NCBI GenBank assembly: GCA_029953675.1
Contig: JAMWBK010000003.1
Span: 1,426,001 to 1,490,000 of the forward strand
Source: Rhodosorus marinus CCMP1338
Lineage: Eukaryota > Plantae > Rhodophyta
Direction: 5' to 3'
DNA: 64,000 bases
The notes beneath the pieces were generated by a model. The model was not told where the DNA came from. It saw nothing but the letters and a program-made list of their open reading frames with translations, and ran no database searches. The stretch's first letter is position 1, and each line of letters starts with the position of its first letter. The position numbers were made by a program, and so were the translations under genes. Shown here piece by piece: positions 1-13,770 of the stretch.

Positions 1-131
1 ATCACAATGTTTTCTTACTGAAGGATGTGCAGCAGTGTTGGGGGTAGGACTTGTGGTGGCTCTTGGAGATTTCGTTGATTTGGTTGAGTTCGACCGAAAA
101 GGGTCTGGGTGCAGTGGGAGCGGGAGGAGGC

Positions 132-1585
132 ATGGAGAGGAGGCTAGAGCACGAGGCTTCGGAACTTCCGTTGTTGCCACGGAGACTGTCGCTTAGTGAG
201 CTCAGTGACGGGGATCTGGGTGCTCCAATCAGTCCGCTCCGGTCTCCTGGACGCAGGCTGCTCAGAAGCGAGTCCACTAGGTTGAGAGCAAATATAGCCG
301 AACACGTGCAAAGGTGAGTAAAATGAGTCGGATAGTATTTTCAATTGGCAAACGACGCCCGGGGGGAGCGTGGGGCATCGTGTGCACACGCTCGCACGGG
401 TTCGGACATTGACGACGATTCTTTCCTGATTGCTTATGGCCCATGCTTTTGTCATTTCTCGCTCAGGGATTTAATGCCGGCGGGCCGCCTGTTTTCAGTT
501 TGCCTGGTTTCATGCGAGCTTGTCGCGGAAATTGCGGTTTTGGCATCGGATTGGAACCCAAAATGCGCTCTCCCGTTGAAGAGCTGGACTTTATATTTAA
601 TGTGTTTACAGATTGTGTATGTGAATCTTAGTTTATTGAGTATCTATTATGCGAGAATACTGAGTCGAAGTATCCGCCATGATGATCAGAGCAATGATGA
701 GCTTTCTTCTCGTGTGAGTAGCCGAAATGAGGATTCAACAACACCGCTAGGCCGGAACAATAGTAGCATAGAGGTAGAACGCCCGCGGGGAAGCGTGGCG
801 ACTACCACCGCCGTGTTAGAACGAGCAGCCCAGGTCGCAGCTGGCGTCCGCATGGTGAACGCGCTGTACTTGATCCTATTCGGAATTGGGTCAGTCCTCG
901 TTACTCAAGCAGGATCATGCGTAAGTATCTTCGCACACAGCCAAACCAGTTTCGCCCCATTGCGACCTGTACTTCGAGCCAGAAACGCGGACTAATTGAT
1001 GAGGGTGTGGGTTTTTTTTCGTCTTCATTTAACATATGCTACAATGCTACAATAGATCAAGACTGATCCGGATCTATACCGTCTCGTGCTTGCCCTCACC
1101 GTTATCTACTACGGCCTGCTTGGGTTGCCTCTGGCTTGCTTCTGTCTAATGCTTTGCTGGCTGCCGGGCTTCTTCCGATTTATACCTGTTTACCTGTCGG
1201 AAAGATGCAACAGACAGTCGCGGATGGCATCATCGAAGAGAATCGAAGATCTCCCACAGACAGATTTCGATCCGGATAATTTCGACAGTAACCATGATGC
1301 GAGTTGTGTCATTTGCTTGAATCCCTATGAACTTGGTGAAAAGTTGCGGACTCTGCCGTGCAAAGTGAGTATCTCATTGCATCTCTGGGATTGCTAAGTT
1401 ATGATTAGACTCGTGGAGGAATACTCCGGAAAGAATCGCTTCTGACGCCGTTGTGTGCTATCACAATTTCCACCGTATAGCATGACTACCATAGCGAGTG
1501 TGTAGATCACTGGTTGTTGATAGACAAGTCATGCCCACTATGCAAGCAGGACATCGATTCGGGAGAAACGGACTCGGATGTCTAG
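132..1585 (+). CDS. Transmembrane RING-H2 E3 ubiquitin ligase (4 exons)
   Basis: ATG at 132. GT-AG introns near 314-466, 921-1054 and 1365-1480. Spliced C-terminus reads [42 protein letters not shown] (C3H2C3), preceded by hydrophobic helices. Stop TAG 1583-1585. Confidence 0.88.
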
Positions 1586-1993
1586 AGGGAACGAGTGACC
1601 TTGACTAGGATGACAGAGTGTGTTGATCGTTATTCGACGAGGAATAAATTTAACTGTACATTGGGTAGATCACCATGGTTGAAAAGACAACTTTCTCGAG
1701 CACAGAAACTCCGCCGCGCTCTCAAAAGCGCATGTTCGCACAACTGTCGCAGGAGCGGAAGTTTTTCCAACAGAACTACTTGATTTGCTAGTATACATAG
1801 GGGAAAGCAGCCATAGGAGTTCAGGTTTGGTTTCGGCTGAAGATCAGATCGTCCGTGTACTGTCTCCAGCGCCAATTCGTGTTGTTCGACCCAGCCATAA
1901 GAAAACCACTCCACCTCGTACCCGAAAAATATGGGTCACGTCTCCGCTCTTACCGAATGTGTGCAAGCTTTTGGGTATTCGAATTCTAGGGCA

Positions 1994-3385
1994 TCACTCA
2001 CGAAATATCTGAACGACGCTGTCGTCCTCATCGAGAACGTAACCCGATTGTATCCCATTTACACATGCCTCTGTTGGTGAACATGTCTTTGAATAGCCGT
2101 TTGCAATCCGCTCCTCAAGTTCCTGGGTCGACATGATTTAAGATATTGATGGTGAACAACCAGAGTCTGAGCGTTTCGTAAAACTGAGTAAAGCACATGG
2201 TAGAACATGACCCTTTGAAAAAGTGTCGTACCAATGTCGCCTGACGGTAGTCGTTTGCGTTCTGAGCAGCCCCGTATGTTCGAATGATATCATCTTGTCC
2301 AAGAATATGACCTTTGAGGAGTTTGAAGATGTGGCCTCGTATCTGCCATGTCGGGGTCAAGTGTTTCTCCGCCAAGTCGAGATATCCTCTCGCCACGGCA
2401 AAAGGATCAGGCTTCGATTCCCCGCTGAACATCGTTGGGTTCACAAGAAGTGGGTATGCAGCCATAACACCATCACAACCAGTGAAAGAAAGACATTGCT
2501 CTGCAGCCTCCAACGACACAGCATCGCCTGGACAGCAAAGGAACACGAACAGGAACAACACTAGATTAGGACGGATTTTCTGGCGCGGTAAAGGGTACAG
2601 TTCCTGAGTATTCATGCTTGACCGCAATAGCTAGCCCTACCGTTTGCGATAACAGGAACGGACAGGTTTTTCTTGATTTCCCTGATGACACTCCAGTCCG
2701 CTGGGCCAGCATTTCTTCCCTTCGAATCGCGAGTTCTTCCGTGCACTGCCAACACCTGAGATCCAGACTGTTCTATCATCTGCGCGTATGCAACGCTTTT
2801 CTCGAGTTCTGGGAAAACACGTATTTTACACCAGACAGGAACCGACAGATTCTGGTGAAGAGTCGAAATCAGGCTCCTCATCAAGTCCCACTCATCCTGC
2901 AGATAGGCGCCATAGTGCCCTCTCTTCGCTATATGCTATGGATTACCACGGAAGAGAAAGCCAAAACGAAAGTATCAGAAAATGGAATCGAGAGGAACCG
3001 AAGGCGAATTGGTTTCCTTCGTTTTCCGACCGCGCGTAAGCTTCCATCGGCAAACTGCGCGCACCTGGGGGCACCCGAAGTTAATGTCAACAGCATCAAC
3101 ACAACATTCTACCAGTTTTGCAGCTTCAAGTAGAGTCTCGGGGCAGTCCCCGGCAAACTGTGCGACGAGTGGCCTGTCCCCCTCGCATGTAGTAAAAATC
3201 GTTTTTCGCAACTTTGTGTTCTTGGTGAACTGCTTTGAATTCAACATCGGCGTATATGCCAAATCAACGCCATACCTTCGCACCAGCATTCGAAAAGCAA
3301 GTTCCGACGCATCCACCATAGGGCCACATATCCATTTCGGACTTCCTATACTCCTGTAGAACTCATACCCCTCAAGCTTTTCCAT
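1994..3385 (-). CDS. DUS1: tRNA-dihydrouridine synthase, DUS1-like (multi-exon; 3' end uncertain)
   Basis: Motifs GPMVDASELAFRMLVRRYG, YTPM, DRPLVAQF, VDINFGCPQ, VPVWCKIR, LAVHGRTR, ADWSVIREIK and VPVIANG across ORFs 2975-3385, 2612-2884 and 2115-2627. Confidence 0.9.
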
Positions 3386-4903
3386 TTCTACACGCCCAAC
3401 CGCTCAAAAAACACACACAACCATCCGCTGACCCCCTGAAGTCCTAACCGCTTGCAGGTCAGGTTCTTCCCAACAGCTCACACAAACACGCCACAGTTCA
3501 CCGTAACCAGAGCCAAGTCAAGTCTCAGTGAAACACAAACCTCAGCTCTTCCCCTTCGCAGCCGCCGTCCGCTCCTCTGTGCGGCCAACGTTCCACACCA
3601 GGCGAAACCAAGTAGATAACTTTCGAAAAGGACAATACCTAAGGGTGTCCCACTGAAACGCAGTCTACTTCCTCTGCACACGATGAGGTAGAACAAGACC
3701 TAGTAGAATACGAAATCAAGGTCCGGGAAAAGAAAGAACAACAAGGCAACCCAAACCCAGCCACACCAAAGTGGGCAACTCACCTCATCGTCGCCGTTAC
3801 ACAATTGCGTCCAAAGTATACAAATGACGTCCATTCTCGACCGTCGCAATTACTTATGTCTAGAACGAGCAATGAACTCTTCCGAGTGTATGTCAGCCGA
3901 CTATAATGATTAGATCCAATCAAAGAAGAAGAATATTGATTGATATTGAAAATCTTTCTTTTGAACATTGTAAATGAAGAAGATCAATCCGGTGGCAGGG
4001 GCTTTTCGTCGCTTCCCTTCAGACTTCGGCAAGGACAACGATCCTGGAACAGAGCAGCTTCAAACATAGAATAGGCTTGTTTTTCCAGTGAAAGCTAGAT
4101 GAAGAGGTTCATTTGTACGTCGGCTGCCAATGGATTTATGCAATGGAACCTGGACGATGCAACTGATATTATATTCCCACTACGCTAATGTCTTGGCTAT
4201 TGCCACTGGGTCTTCAGCTGCGGGCGGCTTGTATATGGTTTTGACGGAAATGAACAAGTAAACTTCAATGAGGACTTTAACGAACCTAATATTTTGAGTT
4301 CTCGCGGAAAAGCGAGATTAAACAACCGAGTTGATCACATGGCCAGGGGGGTTCGAGTCATTTTCACCCTCATTACCCCGTCGTGTTCATGAGCGCACGC
4401 GCTGAAAATCCTTCTGCCACAGAAGAATCGCCAAAAAATCGTCAGCAAGTCAGTCCGAGCATAAAAAATCCTCGCTAAAAACATGGTCTGTGCTCCTGCT
4501 GAGAGTTTTCCATGTGCGAACGCATGCAACGCGCAATCATAGCTTCCTACGCAAAAACTGACCAGCCAAGAAACTTCCAGGACAAAAACCTCAGGAAAGC
4601 ATTTATGCTTTATGGGACACTAGGAATCGTTCGCGAACGAAGCCACATCCGCTTGTTGGAACATCTTTGCCTTGCTGCCGTGGCTAACGATCCGCCAGAG
4701 ATCAGCACCAGCTTTTGGAGAAGCCAGAAGGCATTGGACAGTGCAGAAAAACAGATGGAATCGGTAGGAGGGCCTCGGCAAGTGTCAGAGAACTTCATTG
4801 GCATAATTAGCACTTGGGACTGGACGCAATGAAGTTTGTCCTGGATACTTTGCTGTTCGTCTTCTGGTGTCCTGCTTAAGGTGTTTCCGTGATTCTGAAG
4901 GAG

Positions 4904-6805
4904 ATGGTGGGGTATGAGTTCGTAGGTACTGCAATCAACGAGGATGAGGATGAACTTCCGGCTTCCATGTCGCTGATGCAACGGATTGCACCATCTGTAG
5001 CAGAGTTTGAACGTGCTCGGGATGATGTTACCGGCAGTCGTCGACTGAAAGGTGCATTCTCAGGCGGGTGGGACCGCTCCGTCGTGTCCGAACAAGTACA
5101 AAACGAGTGGAAGCCTGCTTCTTTTATTTCATCACGATCAAATCGCGCCCAAGCTAAGGCGTCTACTCTGGAAGATCTGGTTGACGAGGTAAACAAGCGG
5201 TAGAGTGGCATACGAACGAAGGCAATTGTTCGCTAATCTTGGATCTTCGTTACAACTGTCCAGGAAGATATTCGGAGCCTCGGCGAGAGAATCCAGCCAC
5301 ACCAGACTGGGGCATACAACGCAGTTGTGATACCTGCTCGAGGCGCGCGAGGTCGAAGCAAAGGCTATGACCTTCTCTCGAGGACGGGCTGGAAGGTGGG
5401 GTCAAAGCTCGGCGAACAGCCAAGCTCTGCGTCGAATACTCGCACCATCGGGCCGCAGCTTCCTCCCAGTAGGACTCGTGCTCAGCAAACTGTAGACGGA
5501 GGAATCGGTCGATTTCTGGAAGACGTAGCAAAGAGGAAAGCAGATCGATATGGCGTGGGGAGCACGAAGGTAAAGTCAATGAGCACGATAATCCCGCATT
5601 CTCTCACTAGCTTGGCTTATAGAGGCTGCCTATAGATTGGAACGGTAGGAGAAAATCAACTCTGCTGACACCGCCGCTTGAAGGCGAATTTTCTACGCGA
5701 TTGGAAACTCCAAGGGAACCATTGCAACCGCAGGAGGGATTGAACAAGCTTCTGGTCCAGTGGCACAGAAAGAATTTGCGGACGATGACGACGGCGTGTA
5801 TGAACCAGACAAGCCGAGAATGGAAGAGGAAGATGATGGGCCGCAGATCGCGGGATGGACCGGGGATCTCAGGCAGAACCAGAGAGATACCAACGATAAT
5901 GAGGGTATGGAAGCGCATAGCTTTGTGCGGGGCTTCCTCGTTGCGGAGAGGTTGGATCCATATTCAGGTGGTCCATCCCAACAGGACAGTGATCATGGCG
6001 ACGTCGACTGGACGAAGTTTCGTCACAACTTTGAAGCGGACCCTTTCAAAGGAGAGCTGCAGATATCCGGAATACTCCAAAGCGAAGTCATCAGGGTCCA
6101 GAACGTCGAGCAAAGGCGGCTCGTGCTTGGAGAGAAGGCCCTTCCGCGTTCAGCTCAAGCCGAATCTAGGAAAGACAGTGACGGACACCTCGCTAGTAAT
6201 AGAAAATCTGCTGAGGGACAGAGAAAGGAGCTTATGGATTCCTTAGGAGGTGATGTGCATTCACGCTTCGTGAGCGTCGGTACAGAAAAGAACGCTCCCA
6301 CGGCAGCTATAGAAGCTGCCCCAAAAGAACGCGGCCTCATGCTCAGCGACAGTCAACGCGAGGAAGCCTTCTTTCAGCCGCTACCTCTTTTGTGTAAGAG
6401 ATTCAACGTTCCACATACGGAGTTGAACATTGCTAAGATCATTACAACGCAGCAGTGGAAGACGAGCCGGTAAGTTTGAATTCGTTTTTCTACTGTCGCG
6501 TGAGAATGAGCCGTTGGCGACTTAACGTAGAGGCTTTAGAAGAGGTTGCCTCATTGGCTTGTCGGCTTACTCGGATGTATGGCCACTACTTTTGCTTTTG
6601 TTTTAGGTTCTCATCCGCTGGCATTGAATTTGCTAACAAGGAGGCTCAGCGGAGAGGACAAGAACCGAGACAGGGTGTCCGGGAACCAGGAGTGGGCGAG
6701 AACGAGGCATTGGAACCTGAGAGCGTACTCGATGCGCCGGTTCCAAAGGAGGAGAAACCTAGCTCGGAGTTGTTTCAAGCCATTTTCGGAGAAGATTCGG
6801 ACTGA
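4904..6805 (+). CDS. GPATCH1: G-patch domain-containing protein 1-like splicing factor (multi-exon)
   Basis: N-terminal RRLKGAFSGGW...WKPASFISSRSNRA matches the GPATCH1 N-terminal motif. G-patch-like GYDLLSRTGWKVGSKLG. Later PLPLLCKRFNVP motif and C-terminal SELFQAIFGEDSD. GT-AG introns present. Confidence 0.8.
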
Positions 6806-6918
6806 TCGGCTCAACCCCCACTTGCTCAGCGCTTTCAGGCTTCATTCTGTGTCAATGCTCGTTGGAAAAGCGGAGAATCCTTCCATGTTTATTGCAAAGG
6901 ATCCTAAGTAGATAGCAT

Positions 6919-8979
6919 CTACTGGTCGAACGAAGGAAATATTTCGTCCAGGCTCTTTGTGCCGCGCGCGGTCGGATCTGTTACTCCCTCGGCCAGACCT
7001 TGACCAGCCGCGCGCTGTTGTACAATAGTAGTCTTTGAAGACTTTGGATCGCATCTGGAGCAGAGCTTACTTTCTCCACGTGCGGGGGCTATTGGTGACT
7101 GACATCGTTCGCAGCGCCTCAATTTCTCCTTGTCGGGAAGTCCGTTCTGACTTGTGGTACTCGCCCTCATAGCTCTGTCACTGGTTCTTGTCTTTTGACC
7201 GAACATACCGACCTTGTCGTTTCCCGATGGCGATGCCGGAGCCGGTTCTATCTCGTGGTGAGCGTGTCCCAAGGCAGAGTTCCGAGCAGACGAAAGCTCA
7301 TATTGCGGCTCTTCCTTCACACGTGCATGCGATTCTTTACTCTCAAGCATGCCTCTTGTCTGTCTACCCTTACCCTTCGCGATACAGCGTAAAGGCAGCG
7401 ACAAAAAAGGGCTCCAAGCTTCAGACCACTCTCGCCGTCCGAAACAGAGGCACGTCTAAAAACAGCGCCAAAGCAAAGATCGATAACAATCATTTCTACT
7501 GGTCGGCGTTCTTTACCTCGTGGGTCAGTCGTCTATCAGAAGCGAAGGTATTCTGAAGGAATTGATAAACACGGTGTAGACCAAGAGGAAAGTCAGCCCT
7601 TTGCCAGTGCTAACGCGGAGGCCGTTTACACAAGCATATCATGATTGATTGGAATGCACGTACCTTGTTCTTCGGGAGCTTAAACAACAGCCAGGAGGAT
7701 CGCAACACCCTCAGGAGTAAAAGATATCCCTTCTTTGGATGCGGGCGCTTTTCTCCTATAAATCTGCAAGCAGAGTCCGTGGAAGGAGTTACCCATTCGC
7801 GCAAACTGAACTCCTCCAGTTCGGTAATAACCTTCTTTCTCTTGACGGAGTAGAACACTCGAGTGTCCTTGCCCTTGAAAATGTGGCTTGAGCTTTTCGT
7901 GCCGGATCTGTGATACGGTTTAGCGTACACGAAAAGCTCCTCTTCCTCGGCCTCCCATACTCCTGTCTTGATAGAGGCTCGATCCACCTCCGTCTCTTCC
8001 CCGCTCCTATTAACACTTCGGGGGGCGCGAGGGCGAGAGTCTTGTTTCGCAGAAGCGGATTCTGAATTCTTCTTTCCTTTCCCGTGCTCTGGACAGTGCA
8101 TCTTCATTGACTGCTCATAGACAACGCACCCTGCGGGTTCCAAACACCGGTAGTGGTAAATCCTATCGCACGTTGACTCCAGGCATTGCACGCCAGCATG
8201 GAGTTCACCGCAATGCTTGCAAACCTAAACTCACAAGAAATCAGCGTGCTGATGAGCTCCAACTATCAAACCAACAAGGTTATCTCACTCTTTCGGGAAC
8301 CTCTACTACTTACTGTATCACGACTTCTAAGGTACGCGATTACCAACCCCGCCATCTGACCAGATCTGCTTTTGTAAACATACGGAGACCAACGACAACA
8401 ATCCTCGTGCATGTAGAAGTCTTTTGAGTCGCGTCTGCTGGGTCGCGTGCGGTAGGGTCCAGCCAGGCTATCTTCCTCCGTGGATCGTATCGCCTTTGGG
8501 CATAAAGCACAATATTTGCTTTTCTGGGTGGGAACAAGTTTCCTCGTCGGTACATTCTCTCGCTTCACGTCTTTTTGCTCCTTTGCAGGCAATCTTTCCA
8601 AAGGTTCCAAGGTTGTTGCTTGCGGATTGGTCCTAACACGCTTTCGCTCTGAATTGCGAGATTTCTCCTGGCGGGCAGGTTTTGTACGCTTCTCTGGGGT
8701 ATCCGGTGGAGGGCGTTTCCGCAGGATCCGGGCCGGTGTTTCCTCAGAATCGGCCAGGCTCGACTCAGGGCGATTTTGCTCGGTGGAATGGTTGGCGGCC
8801 TGCTTCTCTCGGGAAACCTTCTTTTCCACTACGACGTCGTTACCATCGTGTACCACGGATCCGTGAGCATAAAGAGCAGCGCTCTTTCCATAATGATAGC
8901 ATTCCTCCAAGAGAGCTAAGAATTTATTCCTAATTTTGCTCCGCTCATCCTTGCCGAACTGAAAAGCTGGCAGAGACAT
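6919..8979 (-). CDS. Extended-PHD (zf-HC5HC2H-type) chromatin protein with C-terminal CxxC...CxxC (multi-exon; start uncertain)
   Basis: CALC...HEDCCRWSP...(intron)...C...CLESTCDRIYHYRCLEPAGC...MHCPEH follows the ePHD ligand pattern. The last exon has CERC-x12-CSRC. Confidence 0.7.
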
Positions 8980-10728
8980 GCTGACGCCCGCGTTCGACAA
9001 GCTTTGGCTAGGCCAGTCGAAACCAGCTAACCGCGGTACCTATCTCGGCCACCCGAAAAAGATTGTGCACCGTACTCAGCAAACCAGCTTCATCCAACCG
9101 GCGCTGAAGGCACCAGCAAACACCGCCCGAAACCGTTTAGTTTCGATAAACGTCCAATTCAGACTAGTCTACTTCCAGCTCCAACAAGTTCTCACTAGAA
9201 ACCAGACATAAAGCACCAACTCGTGAAACACCGTAAAACCGATGGATATTATCCGTCCTCAATCAATTGACAAAGATCCAAAAATCAAGAAGGCTTGGAT
9301 CACGAAAACATGTTTTGATAGTCTATATCCACTTCCTTTCACTTTTATCTACTCCTTCACTAAGGAGTACACTACCCATACGAGCTCGGAAATCAGAAGC
9401 CGTTTCCTACCCCATCCCCGACGCGTTAGCGCAAACCCTCAAGCATGACTTAAAAGAAGACGACCCGCAAAGCCCCACCCTCGTTTTGAACGACCCATTG
9501 TCGTTTTCGCTGATTAATTTTAGCCCTTTAGCTTCTCAGGTTTGAGTTGAGAACGTGTCTGCGATTCTCGCATGTTCGAGAGTTTGGTGGTAAGGGGTTG
9601 AAACAAACTCAACGGGCGTTCATGGTTCACGCAGTTTGGAAGTCAGCAGCTCGCCCCCCCAACTGAAACTCGTACGAAAGTGCGAGTCTACGTTTTGCCT
9701 TAGCGTGAAAGTATCCGAACCGAAGCCCGTTTGCTGATAAACCCAAACAGACTCTCTCTCTCCCGCTCTCTCCCTTTCCAGGGAATTAATTGTCTTCGTT
9801 AGGAGAAGCAACTAGGCACGCCTCCTCACGAGTTCCAACTCCTCGGGAATTCGTCCACAACGCTCTCCAACTGCTTTCAGTTCGTTCGAAAACTCCCGCC
9901 AAATTTAGCCGAAGAACATGGACGGAAGAGCCCAAGCTAGGCCAGGATCTAGGTACATAGTTCAAATTTTGACCATTTTCTCAATACTCGTGCCTAAAAT
10001 ATTTCCAATTTATTCCATATATGGTAAATATAATATGTTTTTCAAAGCTGAATAATCCCAAAAATCTCAAGTTACGGCGGTAACTTCCAAACTTCCGTAG
10101 TATTTTGGGGATTTGTGATCGAGCAATAACGCAACATGTCTTGCAAAAAAAACGTATGGTTGCGTCCTAGGGTCCTGCAAAATCCTGGTGCAGATGCTAA
10201 GAGTTGTGGCGGTTGCAGGGGAAAACGCAGCATAGATCATGGCCATTTTCGCGAAGAGGAGATTCCTGGGCCCAGCTCTTGGTAAACGTAATGGCCACCG
10301 GGCATCAAACCTACGCATATGCAGGTACGGCGTCAGAGAGATGCTTGACACTGCCTGATCCCGAACGTCCCAAGAACATCTCATTAAATTTGAGTCAACG
10401 CTGAGGGTCGTTCTTTACTCATTGGCTCAGCACATACACTAAGGTACCACTGAGGGCTGAGATAGAATTCTGGGTACCTTCGCTCTGAACTCCGGCAGCG
10501 CTCTGCGCTGAAACCCAACGGCTCAACAAAATACGTTGCCTTTCTACCCTAGTGCTGGCTCGCCCCAGAACAGCGGAACTTCTTAATACAGAGTCTCAAA
10601 AGCCCTCCTAGTAGCTTAAAGGCTTCCCAAATGGACAGAGTTCACGCACTCGCTATACAGAGATCTACTAAAATTGAGGATGATTTCTGTTACTGCGTGA
10701 TAGCAACAAACAACCCAGAGCAAGGAGT

Positions 10729-13553
10729 TCAGGAATCCTCTGATGATTCGGTGTTGTTATCACTGGACGCCGCTGCAGCCTGTGAAGTCCACATCGTGTA
10801 GTAGTCACCCTCTTCGCCAATTTTCATTAGCTCGCTGTGAGTTCCCCTCTCAGTGATGACACCGTTCTTCAAGACGAGGATCTCGTCGGCGTCAGCAATG
10901 GTACTCAAGCGGTCTTCATTTTGGTTCCAAACCGGAGTGAGAATTAGACGACGTTAGTGACCAAATTTTGAACTGGATTTGCGCTTCGTCTTTCTATGGT
11001 GGATACATACGAGCAATTACGAGCGTAGTCTTGCCCTTGGATACATCATTCAACGCCGCCTGCACCGCCCGCTCAGTCCTAGTATCCAGGGCGCTGGTTG
11101 ACTCATCCAATAAGATCACCTTGGGATGTTTCAAAACCATCCTGGCAATACCAACCCTCTGCTTTTCACCTCCACTAAGTCTCAATCCTGAAATATGAGA
11201 ACAACGACAGCGCGCGAAAAGCTCTTCAGCATCTCCACGTTTGTTGGCTTTCTAGCCTGGAACCCTCTTTCGATCGAACGACGTGGAAAGCACTTGCCTC
11301 GCTCTCCTACTCTCGTACCTAACCCGTCGGGTTGATGCGAGACAAAATCTGTAAGCTGTGCAGCAGCTATCGCTTCCTGCACTTCCTCCGTAGAAGCTTC
11401 TGGTTTGCCGTAGTTCACGTTGTACTCAAGCGTATCGTTGAAAAGAACAGTCTCCTGTGCCACTGCGAGTTTTGAGGACAGAAAAGAAAACATTTCGTCA
11501 TCAGAACAAGCGATGCAATAACGGCACGACCACGAGCACAAATCGTCGCCTACCAACTCCAATGGCATGCCGCAGACTACTTTGAGTGACGCTTGAGATA
11601 TTTTGACCATCAATGAGTATTCTCCCAGCATGTACGTCATAGAAACGTAGCAGCAAGCGAACAATTGTGCTCTTCCCAGATCCAGTGGGGCCTATGATTG
11701 CAGTCGTCTTTCCGGGCTTAATGGTGAAAGAGATGTTCGACAGTTGCCCGCTCGTGCCGATACCATAGTTGAAGCTCACGTTCTCAAACGTTACTGAGCC
11801 CGAGGTAACGTCGATTGGCTGTGCCCCCGGGGCGTCGTCAACGTCCTTTGGGATTTGGCTAAGCTCAATCATCTTCTCTAGATCGGTAAAAGCCTTATCC
11901 ATTGTGCGAGAACCGCGCAGGCGGAAACCAGTTAGAAGCAATCTGATCAACTTGTACGTTGTTCTCGCAGTGGCACCGCGTATGACAAGAAGCCAGGGCT
12001 CTTAAATTACCTGTGAGATCGTTCTATAAGCACTGCCAAGCCAGTTCAACGGCCCATATAGCTGCAAGATGTAAGCGTTTATCATGACAAAATCTCCAGT
12101 AGTGAATGAGCCGCTCGCAACCCGAACCGCTGCGAGAAGCATAGCCACCATGACACCGACGTTGACGATCAGAGCTTGACCATTGTTCAATAGGCTGTAA
12201 CCAAAAAAGACGAGAGCATGAGAGGCTATCATCAACAAGGAAGCAACTGCTCACGACGGGTAGCGGATCGCACCTTAGAGAAAACTGCGTCTTCAATGAT
12301 GTGTCTTGATACTCCTTCAACCGTTCGCCGTACCGCTGAACCTCAACTTGTTCGGATCCAAAGTATTTTACGGTTTCAAAGTTCAAAAGGCTGTCAGTGG
12401 CCTTGTCAGTGACGGCGTTGTCGGCCTCTATCATTGCTCTGCGCAGCTTCACTCGCCAGTTCGTAATATACACAGAAAACACCGCGTAGCCCACCACAGA
12501 TACGAAAGTCGTCGCCGCAATAAGGGGAGAATTGAACTGGACGAAAACACCGCAGACTATCACAAGCTCAAGTAGAGTTGGACCAATTGTGAAAGCGAAT
12601 AGGCTCTGCAGCGTTGCCAGGCTCTCCACGCCTCGGTCCATGACACGCAAAACCTAGTCGTGGAAAAACCAGAGAGTCGATGAGTAGGAGGACAGCCCAT
12701 ATGTAAAGTTAAACTCCTTTGCGCGGGCGAAAGGCGAGTCCACTACCCTCCACTGCTCTCCATTTTCGCGGGTATGGCTGGAGTCGACTTACTTCTCCTG
12801 TTTTTCTCTTCAGATGATAAGATAGAGATAGACCATGCAAATGGGCGAACGTTGCTACTCCGAAGAGCCGGGTCTGGTCAAGGGAGACGAACTTCCACGT
12901 ATAACTTCGAAGCTGATTTAAGGAGTTGGTCCCAAATCGGAGGGCAACATAGGCGAGTACGGACCACAGCGCCAACGGCGGCTTAATCGAGCCTGGGGTC
13001 AGCGAGTTGACGGCAGAGCGCAAAGCTAGCGGCACAGCTAGATTACTAAGTTTGCTCTGCAGTGGAAACGGGGTTCATTGCGACACAGCAAACACACGCG
13101 AAAGTCAGCATAAGAACATTGAAACATTTTCCAGCAAACCACGTCAACAGGACGTCAAAGACAGTGCTGATCCATTAAAACCCAGGCCAGATCTTGTGCG
13201 GAAGCTCGGTAAACGCAGCAGATCAAAGCACCCTACTATGTCGCTTCCAAAACTCCGACGACAAAAGAAAAGAAGCAAACCGATCTATCGCACTTCCTCA
13301 CCAGTAGGGTAAACACAATAGACAGCACCGCCATCATCTGAAGTTTCCTGCTCTTCGGCCACATATACGGCGCAACGAACATGAGCGTTCGTTGCGTAGA
13401 ACTATTTTCCCGATCATGATTCACCTGTGTCGGCAGCAACGGACTCCTCTCAGACATCTTCAAAGAACCCTTACGACGTACACTCTTTGCATTACTCAAA
13501 TTTCTATTACCCCTCCCAAGTCTAAACGTTCCCCGACCTCCCACAAATCCCAT
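10729..13553 (-). CDS. ABCB half-transporter, HMT1/ABCB6/ATM1 type (multi-exon)
   Basis: TMD motifs [41 protein letters not shown]. Walker [10 protein letters not shown], signature [13 protein letters not shown], Walker [13 protein letters not shown]-loop IA(H)RLSTI. In-frame ATGs at 13553 and 13457. Confidence 0.92.
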
Positions 13554-13770
13554 CCCCACCAAACCGGCCTCGGCAGATTATACAGCATGCCAACCCTAGA
13601 CCGGACACCAAGTTCATTAATACCCCCCACAATGCATTGGGCAATCGAGGCTCCCCATACCACAACCAGAAGTTTCAACTAAGAAAACCGAAAGCTGGTA
13701 ACAGTCTCCCTAGTTTTTGGTTCTAAGTGTTCACAACTTGCTATTCAAACTTAGAAAAAAGGGTTTAAGG

